From positions 2,464,001 to 2,528,000 of the forward strand of contig CAVTBU010000005.1 in assembly GCA_963733035.1 (NCBI GenBank): a stretch of DNA of 64,000 nucleotides, read 5' to 3'. Source of the stretch: Pirellulales bacterium (GTDB lineage Bacteria > Planctomycetota > Planctomycetia > Pirellulales > PALSA-1355). The position numbers and the translations under genes are program-made. Below, piece by piece: positions 48,594 to 59,084 of the stretch. The stretch's first letter is position 1, and each line of letters starts with the position of its first letter. Under the pieces are notes generated by a model. That model saw nothing but the letters and a program-made list of their open reading frames with translations, did no database searches and was not told the DNA's origin.

Positions 48594-50120
48594 TTACATA
48601 TCCGGCCCCGAAAGGCTCTTGAGGAACTCGATCACGGCAAATCGTTCGTCGTCGGTCAGGCTGTCGCCAAACGTGTGGCCCATGTTTCCGTGGCCAAATT
48701 CCTTGGTGTCGTAGATGGCCGAGTGATCGAGCGCGACCGGCGAGAGGAAGAACTTTCCGGCCGCGGCCGTGGCACTGGTCTCAAACTCGGCTCGCGACAA
48801 CGGCCGATACGCCATGCCAATCTTCTCCAGGTCGTACGCGTGCGGGTCTCGGTTGTCGCGAGACCAGATCTCCGGCCGCAATTTCGAGTTCAACACGCAC
48901 TCGAGCGTCGGCACCGATCCGTTGTGAAAGTAAGGGGCCGATGCCCACACGCCGACCAAGGGCGGAGCGACGTATCCCGGCTTCGACGGCACGCTGGCCT
49001 GCGGAATCAACTCCGGCTTGCCCAGCGACGCGTAGTAATGCTCGAGCTCGTTGATGTGGTCGGCAATCGGCTTCAGCTTTTGCAGAGTCGTGTTGTAGGC
49101 GTCGTCCGTCTTCACGTTGCGCAGGATGTGCGAGAAATCGTAACTCACTTTCCACGCACCGGGCTCACTCCAGTCGGCGCCGGGCTTCTTCTCGTAGGTC
49201 CCGTGGCAGGTCTTGCACGCCCGAAAGCCCGCGGTCGAGTGCGGCTTCGTGCGACCGTGAAACAGGTCCGCACCTTGCTGCACAAGTTCGGCGTCGAGCT
49301 TGCCGGGAAACGGCGGAGACTGCGTTTCGCGGGCAAAGGCCAGTGCCTTGGCCACCGTTTTGATATGCTCAGGCCGATGCTCGTTCATCTCGGGATGGGA
49401 GGTCGTGAAGTTGACCGAAAAACTGGCTGCGTTGTCGATCCCCGCGTCGGCATACCAGTAGTCGAGCACCTTATACTTCATCAGCCACCAAGGCATCGGA
49501 TCGACCGGCGGCAACTCGGTCGAGTCGAGCAATTTCTCCAGGTCCGTCTTCCCTTTGCCGACCACCATCCCTTTGTTCGCCGGGTCGACCAGTTGCGCCC
49601 CCAATCGCCACACGGCGTAAGGCCCAAAGTTGTCGCCTCGGGCACGCGCGTGTTGCGGATCGGATTGATTGATGTGATTGTTTCCCAGCCCGGCCACCAC
49701 CTGGCCGTTGACCACGCCGGCGTGGCAACTGAAGCAGTTGATGTTGGCCATTTCCTTGCCGTCGCGCTCGAACACGCTTTCGCCCAAACCAAATCCTTCG
49801 GCGGCACCGGCGGTGCGCCCCGGCGGCGAGGGGAAGCGTCCGCTCGTATAGAACCGACCTTCGTCCGACTGCGGATCGTAGCCCAGGTTCTTCTGCGAGG
49901 CGGTCATGGCTTTGACCATCATCCGCACGGTCGAGACCGGCAATGCGGAATGAAAGCAGCGGCCGGAAAAGATCTCTTGCAGGCCTTCTTCGGCGGCCGC
50001 CGAATGCGATGCCCCATTAAAGCCATAAAACGTCAGCGAGTCGTCCGCCCGTCCCAGGCCGGGCACGAACGAGACAACCACGAGCAGGGCCAATGCCACG
50101 AACGCCGATCGGTATCGCAT
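48594..50120 (-). CDS. Exported di-haem c-type cytochrome (RoxA-like family)
   Basis: Signal peptide, CFSCH and CKTCH, PPLVGVWASAPYFHNGSVPTL and GHGNMGHTFG...ERFAVIEFLKSL. Confidence 0.85.
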   Translation of the reverse strand: MRYRSAFVALALLVVVSFVPGLGRADDSLTFYGFNGASHSAAAEEGLQEIFSGRCFHSALPVSTVRMMVKAMTASQKNLGYDPQSDEGRFYTSGRFPSPPGRTAGAAEGFGLGESVFERDGKEMANINCFSCHAGVVNGQVVAGLGNNHINQSDPQHARARGDNFGPYAVWRLGAQLVDPANKGMVVGKGKTDLEKLLDSTELPPVDPMPWWLMKYKVLDYWYADAGIDNAASFSVNFTTSHPEMNEHRPEHIKTVAKALAFARETQSPPFPGKLDAELVQQGADLFHGRTKPHSTAGFRACKTCHGTYEKKPGADWSEPGAWKVSYDFSHILRNVKTDDAYNTTLQKLKPIADHINELEHYYASLGKPELIPQASVPSKPGYVAPPLVGVWASAPYFHNGSVPTLECVLNSKLRPEIWSRDNRDPHAYDLEKIGMAYRPLSRAEFETSATAAAGKFFLSPVALDHSAIYDTKEFGHGNMGHTFGDSLTDDERFAVIEFLKSLSGPDM

Positions 50121-50315
50121 TCGGATTTCCTTTCACAGCAATTTGTCGAGATGCACCCTGCGCATACCAAGCCAGCAGCCAAACGTCGTATCGCCTGGCG
50201 CGGCAGTTTGTACTCTGGCAGCGCGAGATAAGTTTCAGCCCCTCCGCCGATCCGCGCCTCAACTCAGATAGGTCCCTGCATTCTAGGCCAAAGCCTACAG
50301 CCCTTGCCAGTCTTT

Positions 50316-52423
50316 TCAGCGGGGAACTCTTCCGCAGGAAACATCAAACAGCAGGCCATCGATCGGAGCACCACCGTCGAACAACTCCGTGGCAAACACC
50401 TGATCGGCATCGATTGGGCGGATCATTTTACCGGGCAAAGGCAGCTGCATCGAACGCGCGTCGATCGATCTCAAAGTCGCCGCGGCCGTCGGCCTGATTT
50501 GCCCCTCCGCGGATCGAGTTGAAATTGCCAGCGGGGGCGGCGCCGGGACGGATCGCCGCGCGGTGCCAGGTTGTGCTGCCAGGGCTGAAGCCACGGCCGA
50601 ACCGCTCCCATCCGTCATCACGTCGGCCTCGGCTGGAGCCGACGGCGACGGCCAGTCGATGATCCGCGTGAGGAACCCAACGTTGGTGCGGGCGATGATC
50701 TGGTCGGCCGCATTCACCAACCCATCACGATTGAAATCGTAGACGCTTTCGATCGGCTGCGAGTACCCAGGGTTCGTGCGCGCGGCAATCTCGTCGGCGG
50801 CATTGGTTGTCATCACGGTCGGCGGTGCTTCGGCAAAGGTGTCTCCAATCCGATTGCCAAAGAAGAACACGTCGCTGGCGGCCAGTCCCGTGTTGGTGTC
50901 GTTGCCACCCAGCGAGTCGTTCCCCTTGACGATAACCTGCAGCCACTCGTTTTGAATGACATTGTCGGCCCAGGTGATTTCGATGCGGTCGGAATGCCCC
51001 TCGCCTTCGCCCCCCAGCACGACGACCGACAGCGGGGCGGGCGCCTCGGTCCACTCATCCAGATCGGACGAAGTGCCCGTGCGGAACAGAAAGTCGGCAG
51101 CGGTAATCGCGCCATGCGGTCCGGCCAGATCGACGATGATGCCGTTGATGCCGCGCGCGTAGCTGGTGTAGTTGGCGGCCGTCGCCGTTTCTCCCGCCAG
51201 CAGGGCCGTCTTGTCCGGGGCGATGGCGCCGGCATCGGCGACGTTGGCCGCTGAATCCTGATTGTCAAACCGCGAGTTATTGTAGAACACTTGACGGCCG
51301 ACGACGCTCGAGTCGGGCGCCGTGGTGTAGACTTCGCGGCCGGCGTCCGACGTATAGGAACCGCCCGCGCCGGAGCCTTGGCCGCCGCCGACAATGACTT
51401 GCGCGTCATCTTGGATGATGAAGTCGAAGGCCTGACCGGCGGGCGACGACACGTTGAACGTGCAATCGTAAACTTCCGCCGTGCCAAGATTCCAGGCGTA
51501 GATGCCGTCGGTCTGGACCGAATTCTCGTCGCCCGTGGCATTCAACGTGCAATTGAACAGCCGCACCACGCCGGTCCGCACGTTCACGCAGTTCGACACG
51601 TGCGCCGGAATCGGATCGGGTTGCTGTACCGTCAAAGTACAGTTCCACAATTCGACATACTGCGGATTGAAGCTCGAGCCCAGCACGGCCACCGCGTCGT
51701 ATTTCGTGCTGATGTCGCAGTCGTAGGCGTACAGCCGGTAGGTGTGGAGCTGATTGGTCCAAATAAAGATTCCGTCGCTGTCGCCCGTAATCTTGACACG
51801 CATCAGATAAGTGGTGATGTCCTGGTCGGGAATGGCCGCCATGCCAACCAGCGTTTGATAGTATCCGTTGTAGAGCGTCCCTTCGAGCCAACAGTCCTGC
51901 ACAACGGTGCCGTCGTTCAGCGTGAAGGGGGCGGCGCCGTCGATCCCTTGCGGCACGCTGCTAGAAATCCGTGTCGCCTCCTTGCCCGAGCCCGTTACCG
52001 TAACTTGGGAGGGAAACTCGATGTGCTCCAGCCCGCCCATGTCGAATACGTACGGCCCCAGCAGAATCTCGTCGCCCGGCTGCGCTTGCGCAAGACCGCG
52101 CGCAGCGTGTCGCCGCGCTCGGTGTCGCTCTCCTCGGCGGAGGAAAAAGCCTGCACCTCGACGCCGCCGCGCACCAGCACAATCGCGTCTCCATCCGCAA
52201 TCGACAGACTGCTGGCAACGGGCACCTTGGCCGCTGGCTCAGCTTGCGTTGCGACCAGGCTTGCCGCGTCCGGCAAAACATCCGTGATCGCCGGCGATTC
52301 GTCGATCGATGCCGGTGAGGCGCTGAGCAACTCGCGCAACTCGAGGGCCTCCCCCTGCAAGCACGCGGCGGGGCTCATTTTCGTTCGCACGTTCGCAGCG
52401 CGAAGACGTTGCAGGGCTTGCAT
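50316..52423 (-). CDS. Surface protein with LExRxLL motif, beta-helix-like region and C-terminal FYNNS/dockerin-like module; apparent frameshift near 52095
   Basis: EALELRELL in ORF 51995..52483. The body in ORF 50316..52040 has repeated LxNCTL/YDCxx turns, VFYNNSRFD and YDFNRDGLVNAAD. Confidence 0.8.
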
Positions 52424-52659
52424 GGACTCTGTTCCGACGTACCACGAGACGACAGCCAACCTGGCGGCGAAACCCGGTCGCACGCTCTGCGTCCAGCATA
52501 GTCAAATCCGTCACCGCGTGAAGCAATCGACCGCTAAATCTCGCTCAAAAGCGCACGGCGCAACCGGGTCCATCCCAAAACCGCCGGCCGCCGCTGGTTG
52601 GCGCCAAGGCACGCTCGGGGTTGGACCGGCCGGGGGCCGCTTCGCTATACTCGCTGCGC

Positions 52660-53283
52660 ATGTCGACTCCGTTTGACTCACCCACCGAATTCCAACCGGC
52701 GCCCCGGCGGCGCGTTTGGCCGTTTGTGCTCTCGGGCTGCGCGGTCCTCGGCCTATTGATGCTTGCCGCCTGCGGGGGAATGCTCTATTTCGGTTATCGG
52801 CAAGTCTCTGGCAACGGCGAAGTCGCCGCCGAGGTCGATCGGCTGTTTGACGAAATCGCCCAGGGTCGCGCCGCACAATTCTATCGCGACTGGTGTTCCC
52901 CCGAGCTAAAGCGCGCCACCAGCCAGCAGGAGTTCGTCGACTTCGCCAATGCCATCAACGAGCAGCTCGGTAAGCTGGTTTCGAAAAGCGTGACGGGCTT
53001 CTCTTTCAACCGCCAGAATCTGACCAGCAACGTCGAGGCTTCCTACACGTGTGAATTCGAACGCGGCAAGGCGACCGTGCAAACCCGCTTCGTGCAGAAA
53101 GACGGACGCTGGTTGTTGCAGTCGTTTCAGGTGCTCTCACCGCGGCTATTGAAGCCAACCGCGCGACGAAAGTGCCCCTTCTGCGGCGAGTTGTACGAAC
53201 CCGGCGACAAGTTCTGCCCCCACTGCGGCAAGCAGCTGCCGGATACTCCGCAGAAAGAAGCCCCAGATCAACCGGCGAAGTGA
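52660..53283 (+). CDS. Membrane-anchored protein with DUF4019/DUF3887-like domain and C-terminal zinc ribbon
   Basis: Transmembrane helix with CGG, QLGKLVS...EFERGKA...GRWLL and CPFCG...FCPHCG. Confidence 0.75.
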   Translation: MSTPFDSPTEFQPAPRRRVWPFVLSGCAVLGLLMLAACGGMLYFGYRQVSGNGEVAAEVDRLFDEIAQGRAAQFYRDWCSPELKRATSQQEFVDFANAINEQLGKLVSKSVTGFSFNRQNLTSNVEASYTCEFERGKATVQTRFVQKDGRWLLQSFQVLSPRLLKPTARRKCPFCGELYEPGDKFCPHCGKQLPDTPQKEAPDQPAK

Positions 53284-53375
53284 TTCCGGGCGGGCCGGCC
53301 AACGCGTGGCTCTCGGGTGCCATTGCTGGCTCGTACAGCAGTGGCGATATAATGTCCCACGGAAGCGCGCCATTG

Positions 53376-53975
53376 CAGCGGAGACAACCTTCTCATGTAC
53401 GAGCGATTCACGGACCGCGCGAGAAAGGTAATGAAACTGGCACTAGCGGCTGCCACGCGACTCAACCACAACTCGATTGGCACCGAACACATCCTGCTGG
53501 GGCTGCTCGAAGAGGGAGGCGGAGTGGCAGCGCAAGTCCTGCGAAACGCGGACGTCGATCTGGATCACATGCGAAAGACCCTCGAAAGCCGGGTCACGCC
53601 TGGGCCGGCCAAGCCCCCACAGCGCCGCGGCTGGGTTGGCTTGCTAACCTCGGCTGATCGGATTCCGCAAACGCCCGCCGCCAAAAAGGTCATCGAACAC
53701 GCCATGGAAGAAGCCCGCGCAATGCGGCACAACTACGTAGGCACCGAACACTTGCTGCTCGCGCTCCTGCGCGACGAGCCAGGATTGACGACGCAGACCT
53801 TGATCGACTCGGGGATAACGCTCGACGACGCCCGCGCGGAAGTGCTGCGGCTACTCGGGTACGGGCTGGAATGAGTCGCTGCCGTTGTCGACGATCTAAT
53901 CGGGGACACCAGACCAGGAACGATCAGCGGAGACAACCCTCTCATGTATGAGCGATTCACGGACCGCACGAGAAA
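53376..53975 (+). repeat. 51-bp direct repeat of the clpN RBS and first codons (53376-53426 and 53925-53975)
   Basis: CAGCGGAGACAACCYTCTCATGTAYGAGCGATTCACGGACCGCRCGAGAAA, 3 mismatches. Confidence 0.9.
53395..53874 (+). CDS. Stand-alone Clp N-terminal (repeat) domain protein
   Basis: MYERFTDRARKVM and two GTEH(I/L)LL repeats; no ATPase domain. GGAG RBS and TATAAT at 53348. Confidence 0.9.
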   Translation: MYERFTDRARKVMKLALAAATRLNHNSIGTEHILLGLLEEGGGVAAQVLRNADVDLDHMRKTLESRVTPGPAKPPQRRGWVGLLTSADRIPQTPAAKKVIEHAMEEARAMRHNYVGTEHLLLALLRDEPGLTTQTLIDSGITLDDARAEVLRLLGYGLE

Positions 53976-54164
53976 CTATGATCGAGTTGCAAACAGGGCC
54001 GCCAGAAAGGCGCCATATGCCAATGCCAACACGACGGCACCAAATATGCCGACACGGCGGTAGAACGGGTTCGCCCATACTCGCCACAACCAAACAGACA
54101 AGATGGTAGCGGAAATTGCAATCTGCACCACAATCGCGACAGCACCGAGTGTAAAATCGCTCAT
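53976..54164 (-). CDS. Small two-helix membrane protein
   Basis: MSDFTLGAVAIVVQIAISATILSVWLW...IFGAVVLALAYGAFLAALF. Confidence 0.55.
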   Translation of the reverse strand: MSDFTLGAVAIVVQIAISATILSVWLWRVWANPFYRRVGIFGAVVLALAYGAFLAALFATRS

Positions 54165-54353
54165 GTGTGTGCGCCACCAATCACTTGGGATATCGCCAAC
54201 TTCGGCCGGCATTGTGCGATAAGTTACTTTGCTGGGCAGCGACGGCACTACTGACCATCATCGGTGATATTCGTGACGCCTTTTCGCATGCCAAAGATCC
54301 TTGGCGGGTGCCCCAATATCCACTCACCGGGAATCGTTTTTGACTATGGAGTT

Positions 54354-55001
54354 TCACTGGCCGTGAGAGCTCCAACGCTCCAGCACGGCAACAACCGCCG
54401 CCTGATGATGCTTCTTTGCAATCTGCAAGGGAGTCTCGTGAAGCATATTCTCTGCATCTGCATTCGCTCCCTGCTCAAGGAGCAACCGAGCCACTTCCGC
54501 GCGACCATGGAGTGCCGCGACATGCAGGGGCGTTTCGTTGTGCCGGAAGCCAAGCGAATTGACTTGTGCGCCAGCGTTGAGCAGCGCACTTGCAATTGGA
54601 ACGTTTCCCGAGGCCGCGGCCAAATGCAGTGGAGTCGCCGAGTCACCTTTTGCATTCACATCACTGCCAGCATTGATAAGTAATTCCACAATATCGAGAT
54701 GTCCAGCCGTCACTGCGACGTGAAGTCCTGTATTGCCTAGAAAGGTCGTCGATCCGATCAATTTCGGCTGATCCGCGAGGAGACTCTTGACGCGATGCAA
54801 ATCCCCTAACTCGACGGCATCGAAAAAAGATCTTTGCCCCAAAAACGTCAACGTCAGAAACATTCCCCCTAATACCCAGATGCCAATTATTCCTGGAACT
54901 AGTACTTTTCTCCATCTCCGTCGGCCCGCTTCGCGCGTGCATAAAAATGCCCCTAGGGTCAGAGCTAAAAGCCACGCGACGAGTACAACGTGCGACGACA
55001 T
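54354..55001 (-). CDS. Membrane-anchored ankyrin repeat protein
   Basis: Two N-terminal hydrophobic helices; GNTGLHVA, TPLHLAA, TPLHVAA and TPLQIA. Confidence 0.9.
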   Translation of the reverse strand: MSSHVVLVAWLLALTLGAFLCTREAGRRRWRKVLVPGIIGIWVLGGMFLTLTFLGQRSFFDAVELGDLHRVKSLLADQPKLIGSTTFLGNTGLHVAVTAGHLDIVELLINAGSDVNAKGDSATPLHLAAASGNVPIASALLNAGAQVNSLGFRHNETPLHVAALHGRAEVARLLLEQGANADAENMLHETPLQIAKKHHQAAVVAVLERWSSHGQ

Positions 55002-55067
55002 ATTCTAAAATCGCATGTCCCGTGAGGACCCAATGAGGACATCCGCTCTGACCAACCCAGCCGCCCC

Positions 55068-55745
55068 TCACACCTCGGCATCGCCGATCACCGAGCTGCC
55101 GCCTGCCAATTCACAGATTTGCTGTATGAACCGCAGGTAGCCTCGCTCAATCGTGGGCGAGGCCCCTGTGCGCTGGAAAATCTCGACCAACGCAACCGTT
55201 TGGTGCTTCTTCTTCACGGTACCGAGCAACAGGAGCGATTCCGTGGGATTGCCCCGGTCGTCGTCACGTTGACCCTGCTCGTTGGGCCCGATCGCTGCCG
55301 CCGCGCCCTCGGCAAACGCGCGCTCCAACAGTCGACGGTGCCAGGGCTCCAGCAGTGTACGATGGAAATTCTCTGTCGTGCCGGCTCCCACGGCGATGCG
55401 CAACCGCAGACGCTTTGCATCGCGCGTCCACACCGCGCCACCAAGCGCCGCCAACATCGTGATCAGGCCGGTCAGCATCTCTTTGTAATAAGCATCCGCA
55501 TCCGTCGCAGTGTCAGACAACTGCTCGATGTGGTGCAGCCAACCGCGAATTCTTCGTTTCACATCCGCAATCGCATCGGTCGCTTTCGGCGGCCCTGGCC
55601 CATCGAACCAAAGCAGGCACCCGCAATAAGGGCAGGGCGCGTCCGCAATGCGCGCACCGCTGGCCGACGGTTCCAGCCGAACCTCCCGCCCGCACAGCGG
55701 ACAGCGATTCGGACTCCCCTCGGGCGTTCGTGACGAAACGGTCAT
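55068..55745 (-). CDS. Zinc-ribbon + GAF-like domain protein
   Basis: SSRTPEG.PNRCPLCG...DAPCPYCGCLLWF, then ALGGAVWT...GNPTESLLLL...VEIFQR...GYLRFIQQICELA. Confidence 0.7.
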   Translation of the reverse strand: MTVSSRTPEGSPNRCPLCGREVRLEPSASGARIADAPCPYCGCLLWFDGPGPPKATDAIADVKRRIRGWLHHIEQLSDTATDADAYYKEMLTGLITMLAALGGAVWTRDAKRLRLRIAVGAGTTENFHRTLLEPWHRRLLERAFAEGAAAAIGPNEQGQRDDDRGNPTESLLLLGTVKKKHQTVALVEIFQRTGASPTIERGYLRFIQQICELAGGSSVIGDAEV

Positions 55746-55880
55746 CGCTGGCACAAGCCCCGACACAACTGGACAAACGATGAATCAACTCACATTCGTT
55801 GTAATGGCACGACGTCGGCGGAACTTCCGCAGACGGGATGAAAAATGGACCGGATTAAGATTCGCCGTCCACAAATCGCT

Positions 55881-57928
55881 CTACTCCAAGTCCAACTTCT
55901 CCAGGTCGGCGTCCAACGCCTTTTGCTGCGCCGCGATCTCTTCATTAATGCGCTGCAACTGATCGTGCAGCCGTTCGACATCGTCCTCCTGTTGGTTGAG
56001 CTTGGTGCTGTAGCGATTGTACAGCGCCGAGGTTCGAGCCAGTTGCTCCATGTTCGAGCGAATTCGAGACTGCTCCTGCTCGATGGCCTGCATTTGCTGC
56101 GCGAGCAACTTTTGCCGCGAGGTTGCGTCGGCCAATTGTTGTTTGCGTTGCAATAGCTCGGCCAGAGCTGTTTTAATCTCGGGCGAAATCGCCTTCTCCT
56201 GGATGTACATGGCAACGGTTGCGTCGTCGCTATTCCCCAGACGCATCTGGGTGTCGCCGTCATGTTGCTCCACCACCGCAAGCGTGGTTGGTTTTTTGTT
56301 GTCGGCCACGATTTCGAAGCGATACAGCGAACGCGTCGTTTCGGTTGCGGCCGATGCGTCGGCTAGCTCCCAGGGCGGGTCGATCGGCTGCTCGACGAGC
56401 AACGTCTTGCCGCGCTCGCCGGAATTCTTGATCGTGTAAATCCGTGTGCGACGATGCCGGCTGCGAACCTGCAAAATACCCCTCCTGATCGACGCCTGAA
56501 CGATCTCCTCTTCGTCCGGCACGCTCTGAGAGGCAACTTCCGTGTCGAGATCGAGTGCGTAGCTAACCAGCCGCGTCGCGCCGGGCGCTAGATCTTCGAT
56601 CTGCGCGTCACCGGCATAAACGCCGCCGTCGAAGACCGTGATCGGCCCTTGCATGAGGTGCAGCTTGGTGTCGTTCGTAAGCCGCACGGCGTTCAATGGG
56701 TGGACGCCTTGGACAGCCGCGTTATAAATGCCCAATTTCTTGCCTGCGACCTCCTGATTGACGATCGGCAGCAATGCCGATTGCTGGCGGGCCAGCGTCA
56801 CGGGCTCCTCGATGACGTATTGGAATAATTCGCCTACGTCCTCCGCTTGAGCAACGGCCTGCACGCCAGCGCGCGGGTCGACCGGGACGGCACCGCCGCC
56901 GCCCATGCCGCCTCCCATCCCACCCATCATTCCACCACCCATGCCGCCTCCCATCCCACCCATCATTCCGCCGCCCATCGGGCCGCCCTCGGGCAGTTTT
57001 AAGTTTTGGCCGTGTATTTGCGGCCGTAGGGACGAGAACAAATTGGGGACGACCGTTGGGCGCGAAGCGTACAACGGTCGGTACAAATCCATCATGAACG
57101 AAATCGGACGGCCGCTGACCAAGGTCAGGTCGACACCCTTCCAGTCGTGCTCCGTCGTGTTTTCGACAATGGCCCAACCTTGCAGCGCCGCCTGCCCGCC
57201 GTCGAGTAGCATCAGGCGGTAGCTCGTTTTCCAGATGGGCGACTCTTGCACGTAGCCCACTCGCACCGGCCGCTCCCCCTTGCCGACGAACTTGAGCGTG
57301 ACCGTTTTCTTATCCGACACGCGACCTTCGGCCAGCACCGACAAGGCTTCTTGAAAGTCGCCACTGATCTTTTCGTCGAGAAAGCGAATCTCGCCGATGT
57401 CTTCCAGCGTGACGCTGCGAAGGCCCGTGGCGGTTAACAGGTTGAGCACTTCAACTTCGATCGCGGCGTCCTTGCCAACTCTCTCCAGGCGGCGCTCGAT
57501 GCCCACGATTCGGCCTTGGACTGGCCGCGGAGCATCAATTTCGACCCGTTGCCCGCGCACCTGGCGCAGCAAATCGGCAACGGTCGGCTCATTCGTCAAG
57601 TCGACGGCAAAGGTCTTCAGCGTCTTGGCGATCGGGTCGCGAGCGCCGTAGGTGATGGTGGAAATGCGACCGCCCCCGCGGTCTTCGAGCACCATGCTTT
57701 TCAGTAGATCGTTGATATCGTTGACGTTGAACTTGAGCGGCACTTCGGCATCGCCGGTGATCATGCCGCTGTGGGTATAAAACCCGACGCCAGAACTGAA
57801 CATGACGACGCGCGCCAGCGGCAACTCATTGGCGGCCGGCTCGGCGGCACAAAGCCGCGCGCAGCCAGGCACAAGACGAGTGATAGTCCGCCGGCGGCCA
57901 GGCATACACGCGCAGCAAGCCGTGCCAT
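55881..57928 (-). CDS. DUF4139 family exported protein; apparent frameshift near 57850
   Basis: LPLARVVMFSSGVGFY, INDLLKSMVL, PIWKTSYRL, LQGWAIVEN and SGRPISF. A signal peptide (MARLAARVCLAAGGLSLVL) with GGAGG RBS lies in another frame. Confidence 0.88.
56902..56973. repeat. 36-bp tandem duplication encoding a Gly/Met-rich linker
   Basis: Two units beginning CCCATGCCGCCTCCCATCCCACCCATCATTCC, encoding GGGMMGGMGGGM twice. Confidence 0.8.
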
Positions 57929-58131
57929 GGGCCGAGCCCTCCGAGCTGAGGAGTTGAATCGAATCCGTTCCGTAGGCGAGGCGAACACCCGCGATTCTAA
58001 CATGTTGCCGTTGGCCGTGCACATTTCTCCTCCCAGATCGAGATGCCTTGATTGCAATTTTCCGGCACCAGGCCTAGATTCAAATTAGGCTCCTTGGCGG
58101 CCGGAACAGTTCTCAAGGGGAGGCGCTTGCG

Positions 58132-58992
58132 ATGCAAATGATCAATAGGACGGTAAGTACCGCGGTGCTGCTGGCTCTCGTTACCGCGGGCATCTCTCCG
58201 CCAAAATGCCTCGCCCAGATCTACCGTCTCACCACCGGCAGCGGTCGAGCCAACTCGATGCCCGATCGCACCTCGATTTCCACGATCGATCATGCACTCG
58301 AAGATCGGTATTTGGAGCTGCTCCAGAGGCCGATCGACTGCAACTTCCAGGAAACAACCTTGGCCGCCGTGGCCGAATACATGCAGCGCGAAACTGCGGT
58401 CCCGATGCAATTTGACAAACGCGCGCTCGAAGACGCTGGAGTAGGGACGGACACCCCGGTTTCCTTTCGGGCCTCCCAGCTCCCGGCGCGCACCGCGCTA
58501 ACGCTAATCCTCAGCCAACTGGATTTGACATTACTAGCGAAATCAAGAGTCATTTTGATCACGACCCGCGACAAAGCCAGCACGGAGCTTCAAACGCGCG
58601 TCTATCCGGTTGCCGATCTGGTGAACGCGACGCGAGAGGTCCAGCAAGAGTGCGTTGCGTCGCAAGATTTCGACAGCCTGATCGATTTGATCACCGTGAC
58701 CATTGCTCCCCAGACCTGGGACAATGTTGGCGGCCCGGGTACGATTTCGGCGTTTGGTTTAAAATCGGCGTTGGTTATTTCCCAAACAGCCGACGTGCAC
58801 GAAGCGATTGCGGGATTGCTCGAAGTGCTCAGAAGTTTGCCCAGCGCATCCTCCGCCGACGTGCAAAGCGGTATCCGCCGCCTGACCCCCTCGAACTCAA
58901 ACGCCATGCAAGGCAACTCACAGAACCCCGACCTGACACGCCTCGACGGAGCATTTCCAAGCTGGCGCATCCCCCGGAATCATCGCGATTGA
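58132..58992 (+). CDS. Exported protein resembling secretin/STN N-terminal domains
   Basis: F.ETTL..V.EY...D.RALEDAGV..DTPV, TRVYPVADLV and DFDSLIDLI..TIAP.TW..VGGPGTI. Confidence 0.7.
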   Translation: MQMINRTVSTAVLLALVTAGISPPKCLAQIYRLTTGSGRANSMPDRTSISTIDHALEDRYLELLQRPIDCNFQETTLAAVAEYMQRETAVPMQFDKRALEDAGVGTDTPVSFRASQLPARTALTLILSQLDLTLLAKSRVILITTRDKASTELQTRVYPVADLVNATREVQQECVASQDFDSLIDLITVTIAPQTWDNVGGPGTISAFGLKSALVISQTADVHEAIAGLLEVLRSLPSASSADVQSGIRRLTPSNSNAMQGNSQNPDLTRLDGAFPSWRIPRNHRD

Positions 58993-59084
58993 CCGCGCCG
59001 GCAACAGCCGCCCAGCCACGTCGAACCTCGACTTGATCGCCGCTTGCATTGGTACCGGTCGATTTCAAGTGCCGCGCCAATCGA

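Noticed and set aside
55804..55820. TGGCACGACGTCGGC as a sigma54 promoter
   Set aside because: Poor -12 element and no plus-strand gene downstream for over 2 kb.
53976..58000. Integron cassette array (co-oriented accessory genes)
   Set aside because: No shared attC-like structure found between the genes and no tyrosine integrase in the window.
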